Of a DNA stretch of 64,000 nt, positions 13,161 to 23,706 are shown piece by piece (position 1 is the stretch's first letter; each line of letters begins with the position of its first letter). The DNA comes from Gekko japonicus (lineage: Eukaryota). The stretch lies in NCBI RefSeq assembly GCF_001447785.1, contig NW_015166542.1:85267-149266 (forward strand), in the 5' to 3' direction. A program made the translations under genes and the position numbers. The notes beneath the pieces are model-generated. The model did not search any database. It was not told the origin of the DNA and saw only the letters and a program-made list of their open reading frames with translations.

Positions 13161-14727
13161 CTACAGCAGCACCGAGTCATTTCCTGCCGGCTCCTGTTCC
13201 TCGCTGCTCAAGTCTCCCTCATCTTCTTCTGGCGACGCATGCAAAGCCTTGGCAAATTTTGGCTTCCATGTCGGTTTCTTCATTGGGGTGGCTGGATGGC
13301 TTTTGTCGGGCACTGCTTTCTCCCAATGGGCGGTTTGTCCACAGTCGGCCGCGAAATGACCCCTTTCCCCACATTTTAGACACAAACCTTGGCGCATCCG
13401 TTGCTCTCGCAGGGTGTTGGGTTGCCTCATTGTTTTGGGCTTCAGGAGAGGAGGGGTTGCTTCCCCCCCCCCGCCGCCGCTATGTCCAACTGCAAGGTTT
13501 GCAAGCGGTTCTCTGCACTCTCGGCTTCTTGCATCCAGGCCATCAGGGAAATCGGGTCCACTGATCGCAGTACCGTCTCTCTGATTTCCGCGTTCAGCCC
13601 GACCCGGTACATTTCTGCCAGGACGTTATCCGGCCAGTTGGGTAACTTGGCTGCGTGCAGCTTGAATTCTGCTGAGTACTCGCGGACCGTTCGCCGACCT
13701 TGTTCTAAGGTGCGCAAGTACGCTCATGCTCTTGGCCCCGCATTTTGGTCTTCAAACTGGGTTTGCAGCGCCCCCATGAAAGCAAACATATCTGTCAGTT
13801 CAGGGCCCCTGGCATTGTGAAGCCCCACGTACCAGGCTGCTGCTCCTGCTGCTCTGAGCCTCGCGGCCACCACATCAATGCAACTGCTGTCGTCTGGGAA
13901 CAGGTGGCCCGAGCGATCCACAAACTTCTGCACTCGCACGACGAAATACGCGAGTTCCTCCGGGTTTCCATCAAACGTCGCCTCAATCAGATCTTTAGGT
14001 CGGGGGTTTGCCTGGCCCCTAGGGCTGCCTGGTCTTGGCACCGGTGCTGGTAAATCTGGTGGTCTCGGAGCGGGGACTGGGAACGGTTGTACCGGTACCA
14101 CCGGCTGGGCGGGTAGCCCCGGCTGGGCTGGTACCCCTGGTCCCTGCAGTGGCTGGGCCCCTGGGGCCCCATCCGCCGGTCGCATCCACTCTAACGCCTC
14201 TTCAATTGTACGTGTGACCAGATCTGGGATGGCTTGGATCACTTCTTCCAAAGTTTGCTGTAACTGTTGCACGGTGCGCTCAGTCGTTGCAACCCGTTCC
14301 CGTAGCTCCTCATCCGGGGACGCCTGGCCACTCCTGGCCTTCGAACGATCCGTCACCCATGGCGGCACGATGGCCTCGAAGTGTCCTCCCAGGGGGTTAG
14401 ACCTGGGTCCGCTAAACCTCTGTCGTACAGACTGTCCCGCAAGGGCCCCCCCCAAGGTGCGAATACGACTCTCATGGCATCTGCGTCAAATTGACTCCAG
14501 CTATGACTGGGTCGGCTGTCGTACCCCTGTCTGTACTTTGGGCCTTGTGGAGTCAGGAACAAGGACGCCGTGGCTTTCTTCAGGATCGCCCCCCCACTCA
14601 GCACAGAGATCGGCGGCTGAGTAGGCACTGGCACCGACGCCGTAGTCTCCGGGGTTTCCTTCCCTGTGTCCGGCTCCTCAGGTTCCTTGTTGTCAGGAAT
14701 AATTGGGTTCCCCTCTCCGTCACTCAT
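13161..14727 (-). pseudogene. Gypsy gag (PEG10/sushi-like capsid and zinc knuckle), disrupted
   Basis: Pieces 14353-14727, 13724-14455 (FDGNPEEL), 13442-13717 (LEQGRRTVREYSAEF) and 13161-13430 (CCHC). Confidence 0.88.
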
Positions 14728-14779
14728 ATCGAGATCGATGGAGGTGCTGAGATAGGGAATGGAGGGATTCTGAACAGAA

Positions 14780-15210
14780 TGTCAGACTTCCCACAGCATC
14801 AATGCAGTACACACTTGTAGAAAGGTTTTACTTTATTTGAAGCTATAGGTGCGTGGACAAAACCACTGTTCAGAATGAAGGGTGAGCAAAGGGCATGGCA
14901 TGTTATAGTACATTCAAACTACTGAGGCCCAATTGCGGGGTTTCCCCCGCGTGCCATCGGGCCTGGGAGCAAACGCTTCAAGGCAGCATATGTTATCTCT
15001 TTCTCACGGTGCTTCGTGAGAGCCTCTAGCAACTAACAAGCAGCGGCAACCACTTGTGGCCTTGAGCGATATAGACGTTTCGGCAGGCTAAGCAATTATG
15101 CGCATCAACAGTTATACATATGAAAGTGAAAGCAAACAAGCGCACATAAGTGAAAGCAAACAAGCGCACATAAGGAAAGAATAAAACAAGAAATTGGCAG
15201 CTTGCTGACA
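14780..15210 (-). repeat. 5' LTR of the Gypsy element (431 bp)
   Basis: TGTCAG...CTGACA. Minus-strand TATAA at 14903-14907 and AATAAA at 14832-14837. Differs from the 3' LTR by about ten substitutions, a 24-bp duplication and a small indel (counted by eye). Confidence 0.95.
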
Positions 15211-15567
15211 CCCCTCCAGTCCAACACTCTGTGTCACACAGCGGCCAAAAAGACCAGGTGCCATCAGGAGGTACAGCAGTGGGGCTAGGACACTAGAAGC
15301 CCTCCCACTGTAAAGAACATAAGAGAAACCCATGTTGGATCAGGCCAATGGCCCCTCCAGTCCAACATTCTGTGTCACACAGCGGCCGAAAAGACCTGGT
15401 GCCACCAGGTGGTCCAGCAGTGGGGCTAGGACACTAGAAGCCCTCCCACTGTTAAGAACATAATAGAAGCCCATGTTGGATCAGGCCAATGGCCAATCCA
15501 ATCCAACACTCTGTGTCACACAGCGGCCACACTGTTTTATGACAGGATGTTTTGGAGGTCATTAATT

Positions 15568-15755
15568 CACAAAACAAAGTTTGAGTCCGGTGGCACCTTT
15601 AAAACCAACAAAGTTTTATGCTGGGTATAAGCTTTTGTGTGTACAGCAGTGCACACGAAAGTTTATACCCAGCATAACACTTTGCTGGTCTTAATGGTGT
15701 CACTGGACTCAATCTTTGTTCTATTGCTTCAGAACAACATGGTGACCCACCTGGA
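15568..15755. mobile_element. Palindromic Penelope-like terminal remnant
   Basis: GAGTCCGGTGGCACCTTTAAAACCAAC...GCTGGTCTTAATGGTGTCACTGGACTC forms an imperfect ~150-bp hairpin. The motif resembles reptile Penelope-like element ends (recalled). Confidence 0.55.
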
Positions 15756-15921
15756 CTAATTCACAACTTCACTGTAAGTTGAGACCAATTTGATGACACT
15801 TCACACACACACAAAATACAGTGTATGTGATGCTGTGAATGTGGTTGCCTAGGCATGTGTTTTGGAAAACCTGATCTGTCTTCCACAGAGGTCATGGGAG
15901 CACCTTGGTTTCATTGTCACT

Positions 15922-17398
15922 CATAAGAACATAATAGAAGCCATGTTGGATCAGGCCAGTGGTCCATCCAGTCCAACACCCTGTCTTTCACACAGTGGCC
16001 AAAACCCAGGTGCCATCAGGAGGTCCAGCAGTGGGGCCAAGAACTCCAGAAGCCCTCCCACTGTTGCCCCCCCCCAAAAAACACCAAGAACACAGAGTGT
16101 CACTGCCACATAATATTCCCTCTATGGCTAATAGCCACTGATGGACCTCTGCTCCAGATGTTTCTCCAATCAACTCTTGAAGCTGTCGATGCTTGTAGCT
16201 GCCCTTTCCTGGGGCAGTGAATTCCCCATGTTAATTACTCTTGGAGTGAAGAAGTATTTCCTTTTATCTGCTCTTAGCTGATTGCTCATTAATCTCGTTG
16301 ATTGCCCACAGGTTCTTGTACTGTGAGAAATGGAGAAAAGTACTTCTTTCTCTGCCTTCTCTGTCCTGTGCATAATTCTGTAAACCTCTATCGTGTCACC
16401 CCCCCCAGTTGTTGTTTCTCCAAGCTAGAGCCCTAACCTCTTTAACCGTTCTTCATAGGGAAGGTGTTCCAATCCCCTTAATCATTTCAGTGGCCCTTTT
16501 CTGCACCTTTTCCAATGCTGCAATATCTTTTTTGATGTGCATAGAATCATAGAATGTTAGAGTTGGAAGGGACCTTGCAGGTCAAATAGTCCATCCCCCT
16601 GCACTCTGCAGGAGCATAGCCGAAAGAGAGCCCTACAACATACCTGAAAGATGGTCGTAACCAGAATGGGGCTGCACCATTGATTTATAGGGGTATTACG
16701 ATACTGGCTGATTTGTTTTCAGTTCTCTTCCTAATAATCCCCAGCAGAGCACTGGCCTTTATTGTAGTCGCACACTTGAGTTGACATCTTCAGTGAGTTA
16801 TCTACCACAATCTTTCTCCTGGTCAGCTACTGCCACTTTGGACCCCATCAACATGTATTTATAGATAGGATTTTTGGCTCCTGTGTGCATCACTTTGCAC
16901 TTGCCCACGTTGATGCCCACTCACCCAGTCCTTCTGGAGCACCTCACAATACTCCCTGGTTCTCACCAGCCTGAACAACTTAGTGTCATCAGCAAATTTA
17001 GCCACTTCACTGCTTACTCCCAATTTCAAATCATTAATGAACAAGCTAAAAAGCACCGGACCACCAGTACTGAGCCCTGCAGTACCCCACTGCTTACCAC
17101 TCTCCACTGTGAAAATTGCCCATTTAGACTCTCTGTTTCCTGTTTTTAATCCACAAGAGGACTTGTCCTCTTATCCTATGACTACTGAGTTTACTTAGGA
17201 GCCTCTGATAAGGAACTTTTATCAAAAGCTTCCTGGAAGTCAAGGTAAACAACATCTATTGGGTCCCCCTTGTCCACAGGTTTGCTCATCCCCTCAAAGA
17301 ACTCTTAACAGGTTAGTGAGACAAGATTTTCCCTTTCAGAACCCATGCTGATTCTTCCTCGATAGCTTTTGTTCATCTATGTGCCTACTAATTCTGTC
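15922..17398 (-). mobile_element. CR1 LINE 3' part (RT to 3' UTR), with a second CR1-family tail inserted at ~16541-16660
   Basis: LFSLFINDL...VAKFADDTKLF RT motif, LFSISHSTRTCGQ, and an AAGAACAT tail. Confidence 0.88.
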
Positions 17399-18525
17399 TT
17401 TAATAATGGATAGCATCAGACTTTTAATAATGGATAGCATCAGACTTGCGAGTTCCATATTAGATTGGTGATTACAGTATCTTTTCTGCAGTACAAGAGG
17501 AGATAAATAAGAATGTGGCTGTGCATTTCTAACTTGATTGTTTGAATTGAGATCGTTTTATGCCTTTGGGATTTTATCCCTCCGCCCTCCATTCACAAAT
17601 CAACAAAACATACACCTGTACTCCCTTACACGACTCCTAACCACCCGGAAAACATTTTTAAAGTTGGTATTGTTTCCTCTATGTTGTAACCAGCCCTGAG
17701 CCCGCTTGCAGGGAGGGCGAGATAGAAATCAAATCAATCAAATCATTAGTTGGAACTCTGAAACTGCCAGTCTTGTGTAAGCTGTTGTGCAGTAGTTTCA
17801 GGAAGCACAAAAGGAAATACTTCTTTGCTCAAGAAGTTCAGTTCATTTGACCTTTATTGGCATAAATGCTCAAGAAGTGATTAAAATGTGGAGCTTGCTA
17901 CTAGAGGGTGTAGGGGTGACCACATAGCTCAGGGGATTGGGCAGATTCATCGAAGTTAAGTCTGTCAGTGGCTACTAACTGTGGTGACTCAAGGGAGCCT
18001 CCATGTTCAGAGGCATTAAGCCTCTGAATCCCAGTGCCAGGCGGTAACATCAGGGGAAGGCCTTGGCTTCTGTGCCTTGTTGTTGCCCCTCCAGAAGAAC
18101 TGGTTGGCCACTCTGCTTATGTTCTTAATATTGTGTTGGTATTGAACTGATAAACCTGTAGAAGTGGACATTTTTTTCCTGCAGAAAAACAAGCAGTGGA
18201 ATTTTATATTGGGGGGGGGGGGTGTTCTGTCTCACACCTCTCCTCCTGAGTTAAGAAAGAATCTGTCGGGACTAGTCCCTGTGGCCAGGGTCAGATCTAG
18301 TTAGCCAAAGCTCAGAGGGGGAAATGGTTTCTTCTGCACAATGGGCAGCCCTGCCTGACAGCAGAGGTATGAGGTTGCGCGATACTCATCTCCGCTTCCA
18401 AGCCAAAGAGCCGGCGCTGTCCGAAGACGTTTCCGTGGTCATTGTGGCCGGCGTGACTAGACGCCGAGGTGCACGGAACGCTGTTACATAAAATCGCGTA
18501 CATAAAATCAGCATATAATTACAGT

Positions 18526-18729
18526 CAATGTTCCCTCTAAGCTGAGTTAGTGTGAGCTAGCTCAGTTTTTTAGCCTCCGGCTCACAGATTTTTGTCTTGG
18601 CTCAAAAAGGAGGGCTCCAGAACACACTAATTTATGCAGTAGCCAAATCACCTGCTCACAACTTTAATGCCAGTAGCTCACAAAGTAGAATCTTTGCTCA
18701 CAGGACTCTACAGCTTAGAGGGAACATTG
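18526..18729 (+). mobile_element. ~204-bp MITE, family A (hAT-like termini)
   Basis: Perfect 19-bp TIR CAATGTTCCCTCTAAGCTG / CAGCTTAGAGGGAACATTG. Related copies at ~27146-27349, 50240-50440 and 56502-56712. Confidence 0.8.
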
Positions 18730-18899
18730 AGAGCGCCCCCCTCCCCCCCGTCAGCTGGACCACGGGGTGATGAGCGGGAGTGGCCCCCTCTGGGAGGAAG
18801 AGGATGCGGAAAGGAGGTGGGCGCCGACTTGGTTGCCAACTCCAGGCCAGGATATATCGGGAGGTAGGATGGGTGAGCCCGTGGAAGGAAGGATTTGAG

Positions 18900-19600
18900 A
18901 CTTCTCCTAGAATTTATAGTTCGACAGGCGGCCCTTTTCACAACAGCCCGGCCGGGTGGGCGACGACCAGAAGCCCACCTGTGCCCTTGCTGCGCGCGCA
19001 GCCGGCGGGACAGGCCGACAGGTGAGCGGGAGTGCCGCTCTGGCCCCTCTCTGTGCTCCTGCGCGGGGAGAGAGAACGGGAGGGGCTACGAGAGGGGTCA
19101 CCCATTGGCCGAGGCGCTGTTACCTCGGCGACTCAGCGACGTCCCGCCTTTCTTCCGGATCCCTGAGCTCTGATAGGATAAGCGGGGGCGGCCGCTCGTT
19201 CGGTGATTGGTAGCCGTCTCGGAAGCCTTCCTTTGATTGGCGGCTTCCCATCTCGTTCACACGGGGGGCGGAGTCGTCGAGCAAGAGGAGACAAAATGGC
19301 GGCTCCGGTGGCCGGTGAGAGGCGGGGGAGGCCTGCCCTGCAGGGGAATTGTGGGAGTACAGCGCGTGGCCTTCCTTGAACGTGGGGGAGGGAGGCACAC
19401 GTGTCGGCCGCTGTCGTTCTCTTTATGGTGGGGCCGGGGGCGGGCCTCGTCTNNNNNNNNNNNNNNNNNNNNNNNNNNNNNNNNNNNNNNNNNNNNNNNN
19501 NNNNNNNNNNNNNNNGGGTCGAGATAGCTGCGTCTTCCTGCATCAGCCAGGCCGGGCGAGCCCCCGGAGTCTTGTGCCGGGTTTCCCACGGGCAGGGAGT
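18900..19600 (+). promoter_or_regulatory. ZSWIM1: CpG-island promoter and probable first exon of ZSWIM1
   Basis: CpG-rich. ATTGG (CCAAT) boxes at 19104, 19206 and 19236, GC box GGGGCGGAG ~19265, YY1-type AAAATGGCGGC at 19293-19303, donor CCG|GTGAGA at 19314/19315. Confidence 0.7.
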
Positions 19601-19757
19601 AAGGTTGCCAGCTCCAGGGTGGGAAATTCCTGGAGATCCGAAGGTGGAGGCGGGGGGACGGGGAGGGTACAACGCCACAGAATCCGCTTTCCAGAGTGGC
19701 CCTTTCTGGGGATCACAGGAGGTCTCCCGCCACCACCTGGAGGTTACTATAAACACT

Positions 19758-20269
19758 CAGGGGTCATTTCGTAGAAAAAGAGGTGCAGGAGCTCATTAGC
19801 ACGACTCATTTGCATATGCCACACCCCCTGACGTCGCTGGAAGTGTGTCAGAAGGCAACACCCACCACTCAGGCTCCACTGGACTGTTTGGGATTGCTAG
19901 CTATTGGGGTGGGGGGGGAACGTGCAGATCTGTCCTCACAGAGGAGGGAGAGCTTGTACCTGAATAAAACTTGGTCTTAAAGGTGCCACTGGACTGTTTT
20001 GGATTGCTAGCTACTGGGGGTGGGGGGGAACGTGCAGATCTGCCCTGGCAGAGGAGGGAGAGCTTGTACCTGAATAAAACCTGGTCTTAAAGGTGCCACT
20101 GGACTGTTGTTGGGGTTTTTTTTAGGGGGGGGTGCTCTGCAGCTTACCTGGCTGCTTCTTGCTCTGACTGAGGGCTGCTGGTAGCAGGGGCTTGTTGCAT
20201 GCGCTCGCCCCCTGGGCTCTTTACTGTTGGAGCTCCGCTCCTGTGCGTTCCTGAAGGAAATGACTCCTG
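19758..20269 (+). mobile_element. hAT-like MITE, family B, with internal 110-bp tandem units
   Basis: TIR CAGGGGTCATTTC...GAAATGACTCCTG. Other copies at 35676-36163, ~43019-43200 and ~54774-55114. Confidence 0.75.
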
Positions 20270-20287
20270 CAAAACCTGAGGGTCTCA

Positions 20288-20764
20288 CAGTGTTAGGAAG
20301 ATATGCAAAAGTATATAGCACTGTGTATAAGAGATGTATGTTCAAGGTAAATCAATGTTGTGCTTTTTATATTTTTTGCCTATTTTTCTGTGTTATTATA
20401 TAAATATTGTTATTGATATTGTTATTATATAAATAGTGTTATCGATGCAATGAACATGAAATTAAGCCAACTCCGGAGCATGATGAAAGGCAGGAGGGCC
20501 TGGCGTGATGTGGTCCATGGGGTCGCGAAGAGTCGGACTTGACTGCGATGTAACAACAACAACAACATATAAATATTGGCATCAAATATTATCAAAAACA
20601 GGTTTCACCCAAACAAAACATCAAAGTTTGGGTGAAACCTATTTTTGATTGTATTTGATACCAATATTTATATAATGATATAGAAAAATAAAAAAATTAA
20701 AAGCACAACATTGATTTACCCGGAACATACATCTGTTGTACACAGTGCTGTATACTTTTGCATA
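20288..20764. mobile_element. AT-rich foldback element interrupted by a BovB 3' fragment (~20440-20567)
   Basis: 20302-20410 pairs with 20662-20764, with a central hairpin at 20578-20662. Starts CAGTGTTAGGA like the 970-1626 element; right terminus is truncated. Confidence 0.7.
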
Positions 20765-21776
20765 ACCACCTGGAGGTTGGCAACCCCAATAGGCCTCTCC
20801 CTCCTGATATTTCATGGCACACTCGTAGGCGGAATCATTCAAAGCATAGCTGCATAGCTGTTGCAATGCGCCGGTGGGAGAAGCACAGATGAGGGCAACC
20901 AAAAGGGTTAAGGGCTTGAGGCACCTTTTCTATGAGGAGGAGCCGAAGTGGCTGGGAATTGTCAGTCGAGAAAAAAGATGGCTTGGCTAAGGGCGGGGGA
21001 GGGACGTGATAGAGGTTTATAAAACCATGCATGGGGTGAAGAAAGTAGATAGAAGGAGCTTTTCTCTCTCCCTCTTCCACCCCCTCCCCCCCATATTGGG
21101 GCACCCAGTCAAATTGCTGGGCAGACAGTACGCTGGACCACTGATCTGATCCAGCAAGCTCTTCTTGTGTTCTTATGCGCTGTCAAGTTGCTGCTGATTT
21201 ATGGTGACCCCAGCAAAGGGCTTTCAAGGCAAGCGATTAAGCAGAAGGCGGTTTGCCCCCGCCTTCCTCTGCAGAGCCTTCCTTGGTGGTCTCCCTCACA
21301 AGTCCCAGCCCTGCTTAGCTTTCGAGATCTGATGAGTTCAGGCTGTACCTCACAGGGTGTCTGTTGTGGGGAGGGGAAGGGAAAGGAGTTTGTCAGCCGC
21401 TCTGATACTCCCTCGGGTAGTGAAGGGCCATGGGGTATAAATCCAATCTCTTCCTCTTCTACCATGCTGCCTTCTCTTCTGTTACGTTTTTCCGTTGCCT
21501 TTAAAACACACATCTGTCACAAGGGGTCACAGGTTCTCAAAACTGTGCTTTGTGGGACAAGTTGGTTTATGAACTAGATGGCTTTTTGCATAAATAGCCT
21601 GGTGTGTCTGAAGTCATGTTTCTGCCCCTCTAGGCCCTTCAGCCTGAAATAACCGGCATCAATAATAATGTGAGACTAGCGGCAGAAACACAAACTCTTT
21701 AGCCAGCTGGCATCAACGGGGAAGGACTTTCCGAAGCAGTGGTTCACGGCACAAAGGCACAGAGTCCTGGCACACC

Positions 21777-23306
21777 ATGGCCCTGGACACTGTGAAGGAG
21801 CTGCTGAGCATGGACTGTGGCTCGCTGGTCGCTTATCAGCTGGACAAGTACTCCCACCTCGAGTCCATCAGCTTCCAGACCATGCTGATGAGGGAGGTCT
21901 TCTTAAACAACCCGGAGGTGGTGCTTGTTCACCGAATCCACAACCCTTGGGGCAAGGCTCTCTACGTGTTCATGGTGGACAAGCCCTTCCTGAAGCTTGA
22001 GGGAGAGATAACCAAAGTCGTCCACTTTGCCGTCCCAGCCAAAGAATCGGCACAAGGCCTGGCTCACATGTACCGCACCTTCAAGGCATTCAACCCCGAG
22101 TGGAAGCAGATCAAGACGTTCCTGATCGATCCATGCTCCCGGCTGCTGACGAAGCTTTCTAAAGCGTTCCCCTCTGCGGACGTCCAGCTGTCCGTCTTCC
22201 ACATCTGCAAACATTTGCAGCAGAAGATCCGCCACATCTGCCTGGAGTTCCACACCAGGCGACTGCTCCTGAGTGTCCTGAGGAATGCCATGTGCGCTCC
22301 CAGCGAAAGCAACCTGAAGAAGATGCACGCCATCTTGAGTGACTTTGTGAAACCGAATCTGCTGCCCCAGCTGCACACCAACTGGCTGCTCAACGAAAAG
22401 ATCTGGTCCCTGCACCGCTGGCGCACCTGGGAGGAGTGCAGCCAGTATTTCAAAGACCTGGAGATGGTCACGCGCAGTTTAAGCCAAATCTTTTGCGTGG
22501 GCGCCTCCCTGGAGTCCTGCATCACCAACATCGCCAAGCACTACCAGAAGAAGGCTCTGAAGTGCTCCTGGGAGGCCGTGCCAGGCCAGGCCGCCCTGGT
22601 CAGCCAGAACGTCTCATCCCTGCCAAACCTGGTGGTTCTCACCCCCCCTCCTCCAAACGCCCCGAGGCCTCTGCTCCCTCGGGACCCCGCTGAGGCAGCC
22701 CCCCAGAGTTCCCTGGTGGCAAGGCAGGAGGCTTCTACCAGAGACGCCGTGTGCGAGCCGGAGGCGATGATCCCGGACGAAGAAACCTCTGAGTCTCTCC
22801 GCCAGTCCCTGAGCGACATCTTCACAGAGCCCGCCGCCAGGCTCTGCCTGAATGAACTTGCTGTGGTCCAGAGTTCTCAGTGTTTGATGGGGAGCAGCGC
22901 CGACACCATCAGCATACAGATCCTGGAAGACGCTCAGATGGTGAGCCACAGGGGCCTCAACAGCTGCACCTGCCACTTCAGCCGGACCTTCCGGCTGCCC
23001 TGCAGGCACGGCGTGGCGGTCCTGAACTCCGAGGGGAAGGAGCTGGAGCCGGAGAGGGTCCCCGAGCAGTGGCGCAAAGGGCGCAGCGCCGCCCAGCCGG
23101 GGCAGGGAAGCACCGAGGATCTCCTGGAAGTCCTGAGGAGTTCGTGGGACGCCTCTTTGGATAAGTACCTGGCCGTCTCGTTCCTGACCGAGGAGATCAG
23201 CCGGCTGCTGAGCCAGTGTAGCAGCGAGGAGTTTGACCGTCGGTACAGCACTCTGCGGGAGCTGGCGGACAGCTGGATTGGGCCTTACGTGCAGGTGAAG
23301 TTGTGA
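21777..23306 (+). CDS. ZSWIM1: Zinc finger SWIM-type containing 1 (509 aa, single coding exon)
   Basis: Kozak ACCATGG, SWIM finger CTCHFSRTFRLPCRH, C-terminus RRYSTLRELADSWIGPYVQVKL matching recalled ZSWIM1. Paralogous to ZSWIM3 (VHFA, FNPEW). Probable acceptor at 21632-21633. Confidence 0.95.
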   Translation: MALDTVKELLSMDCGSLVAYQLDKYSHLESISFQTMLMREVFLNNPEVVLVHRIHNPWGKALYVFMVDKPFLKLEGEITKVVHFAVPAKESAQGLAHMYRTFKAFNPEWKQIKTFLIDPCSRLLTKLSKAFPSADVQLSVFHICKHLQQKIRHICLEFHTRRLLLSVLRNAMCAPSESNLKKMHAILSDFVKPNLLPQLHTNWLLNEKIWSLHRWRTWEECSQYFKDLEMVTRSLSQIFCVGASLESCITNIAKHYQKKALKCSWEAVPGQAALVSQNVSSLPNLVVLTPPPPNAPRPLLPRDPAEAAPQSSLVARQEASTRDAVCEPEAMIPDEETSESLRQSLSDIFTEPAARLCLNELAVVQSSQCLMGSSADTISIQILEDAQMVSHRGLNSCTCHFSRTFRLPCRHGVAVLNSEGKELEPERVPEQWRKGRSAAQPGQGSTEDLLEVLRSSWDASLDKYLAVSFLTEEISRLLSQCSSEEFDRRYSTLRELADSWIGPYVQVKL

Positions 23307-23700
23307 CCAGGCCCCTTGCTGCCTAGGGACCGTTGCCCGGACGTGACTCTCCCCAGAAACGCTGGGCGCCGGTAAATTGCCGGTGGGGCTCTTCCCCCTT
23401 TTTGTGAGGGGCCGAGAACACACCTGCATTCACTTGCTCTCTCGGAAACCGGGAGCCCTCCAGGAGAGGCCCAAGGGATGCCTGATGGGAGCCGGGATCT
23501 GCATATTCAGGCCGTCTCAAATCCCGCCCCCTTGGGGATCCCCAGAGGCGATTGCACCAACAGAGTTCTTGGGGAGAGGGTGGCTTGGTGCTTCTCTGCC
23601 CCCTTTCCTCCTCTCCCCCCATCCCACCCCTGTTGTTGTGGATGGAGATCCTCTGGGGCCCACAGGGGCAGCCCTGTCTCTGCTGAAACTCAAGGTCGCT

Positions 23701-23706
23701 AATAAA
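23701..23706 (+). terminator. Probable ZSWIM1 polyadenylation signal
   Basis: AATAAA ~395 bp after the stop, followed by T-rich sequence. Confidence 0.65.

Larger units (their letters stand above)
8733..15210 (-). mobile_element. Full-length but decayed Ty3/Gypsy chromovirus (Tf1/sushi group) LTR retrotransposon
   Basis: Two TG...CA LTRs and a 5-bp TSD CCCCT (8728-8732, 15211-15215). Gag with CCHC knuckle CLKCGERGHFAADC, protease ALIDSG, RT YLDD, RNase H, integrase (HPETDGQTER, GPF) and a C-terminal chromodomain. Multiple stops and frameshifts. Confidence 0.97.
8547..15530 (-). repeat. Tandem array of ~141-bp CR1 3'-end units, split by the Gypsy insertion (8547-8732 and 15211-15530)
   Basis: Units AAGAACATAAGAGAA...GGATCAGGCC...CCCTCCCACTGT recur at ~8547, 8688, 15312 and 15453. 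The second unit is interrupted by the LTR element. Confidence 0.8.

Noticed and set aside
17399-17446. 24-bp tandem duplication at a CR1 5' junction
   Set aside because: Ordinary local duplication with no functional signal.
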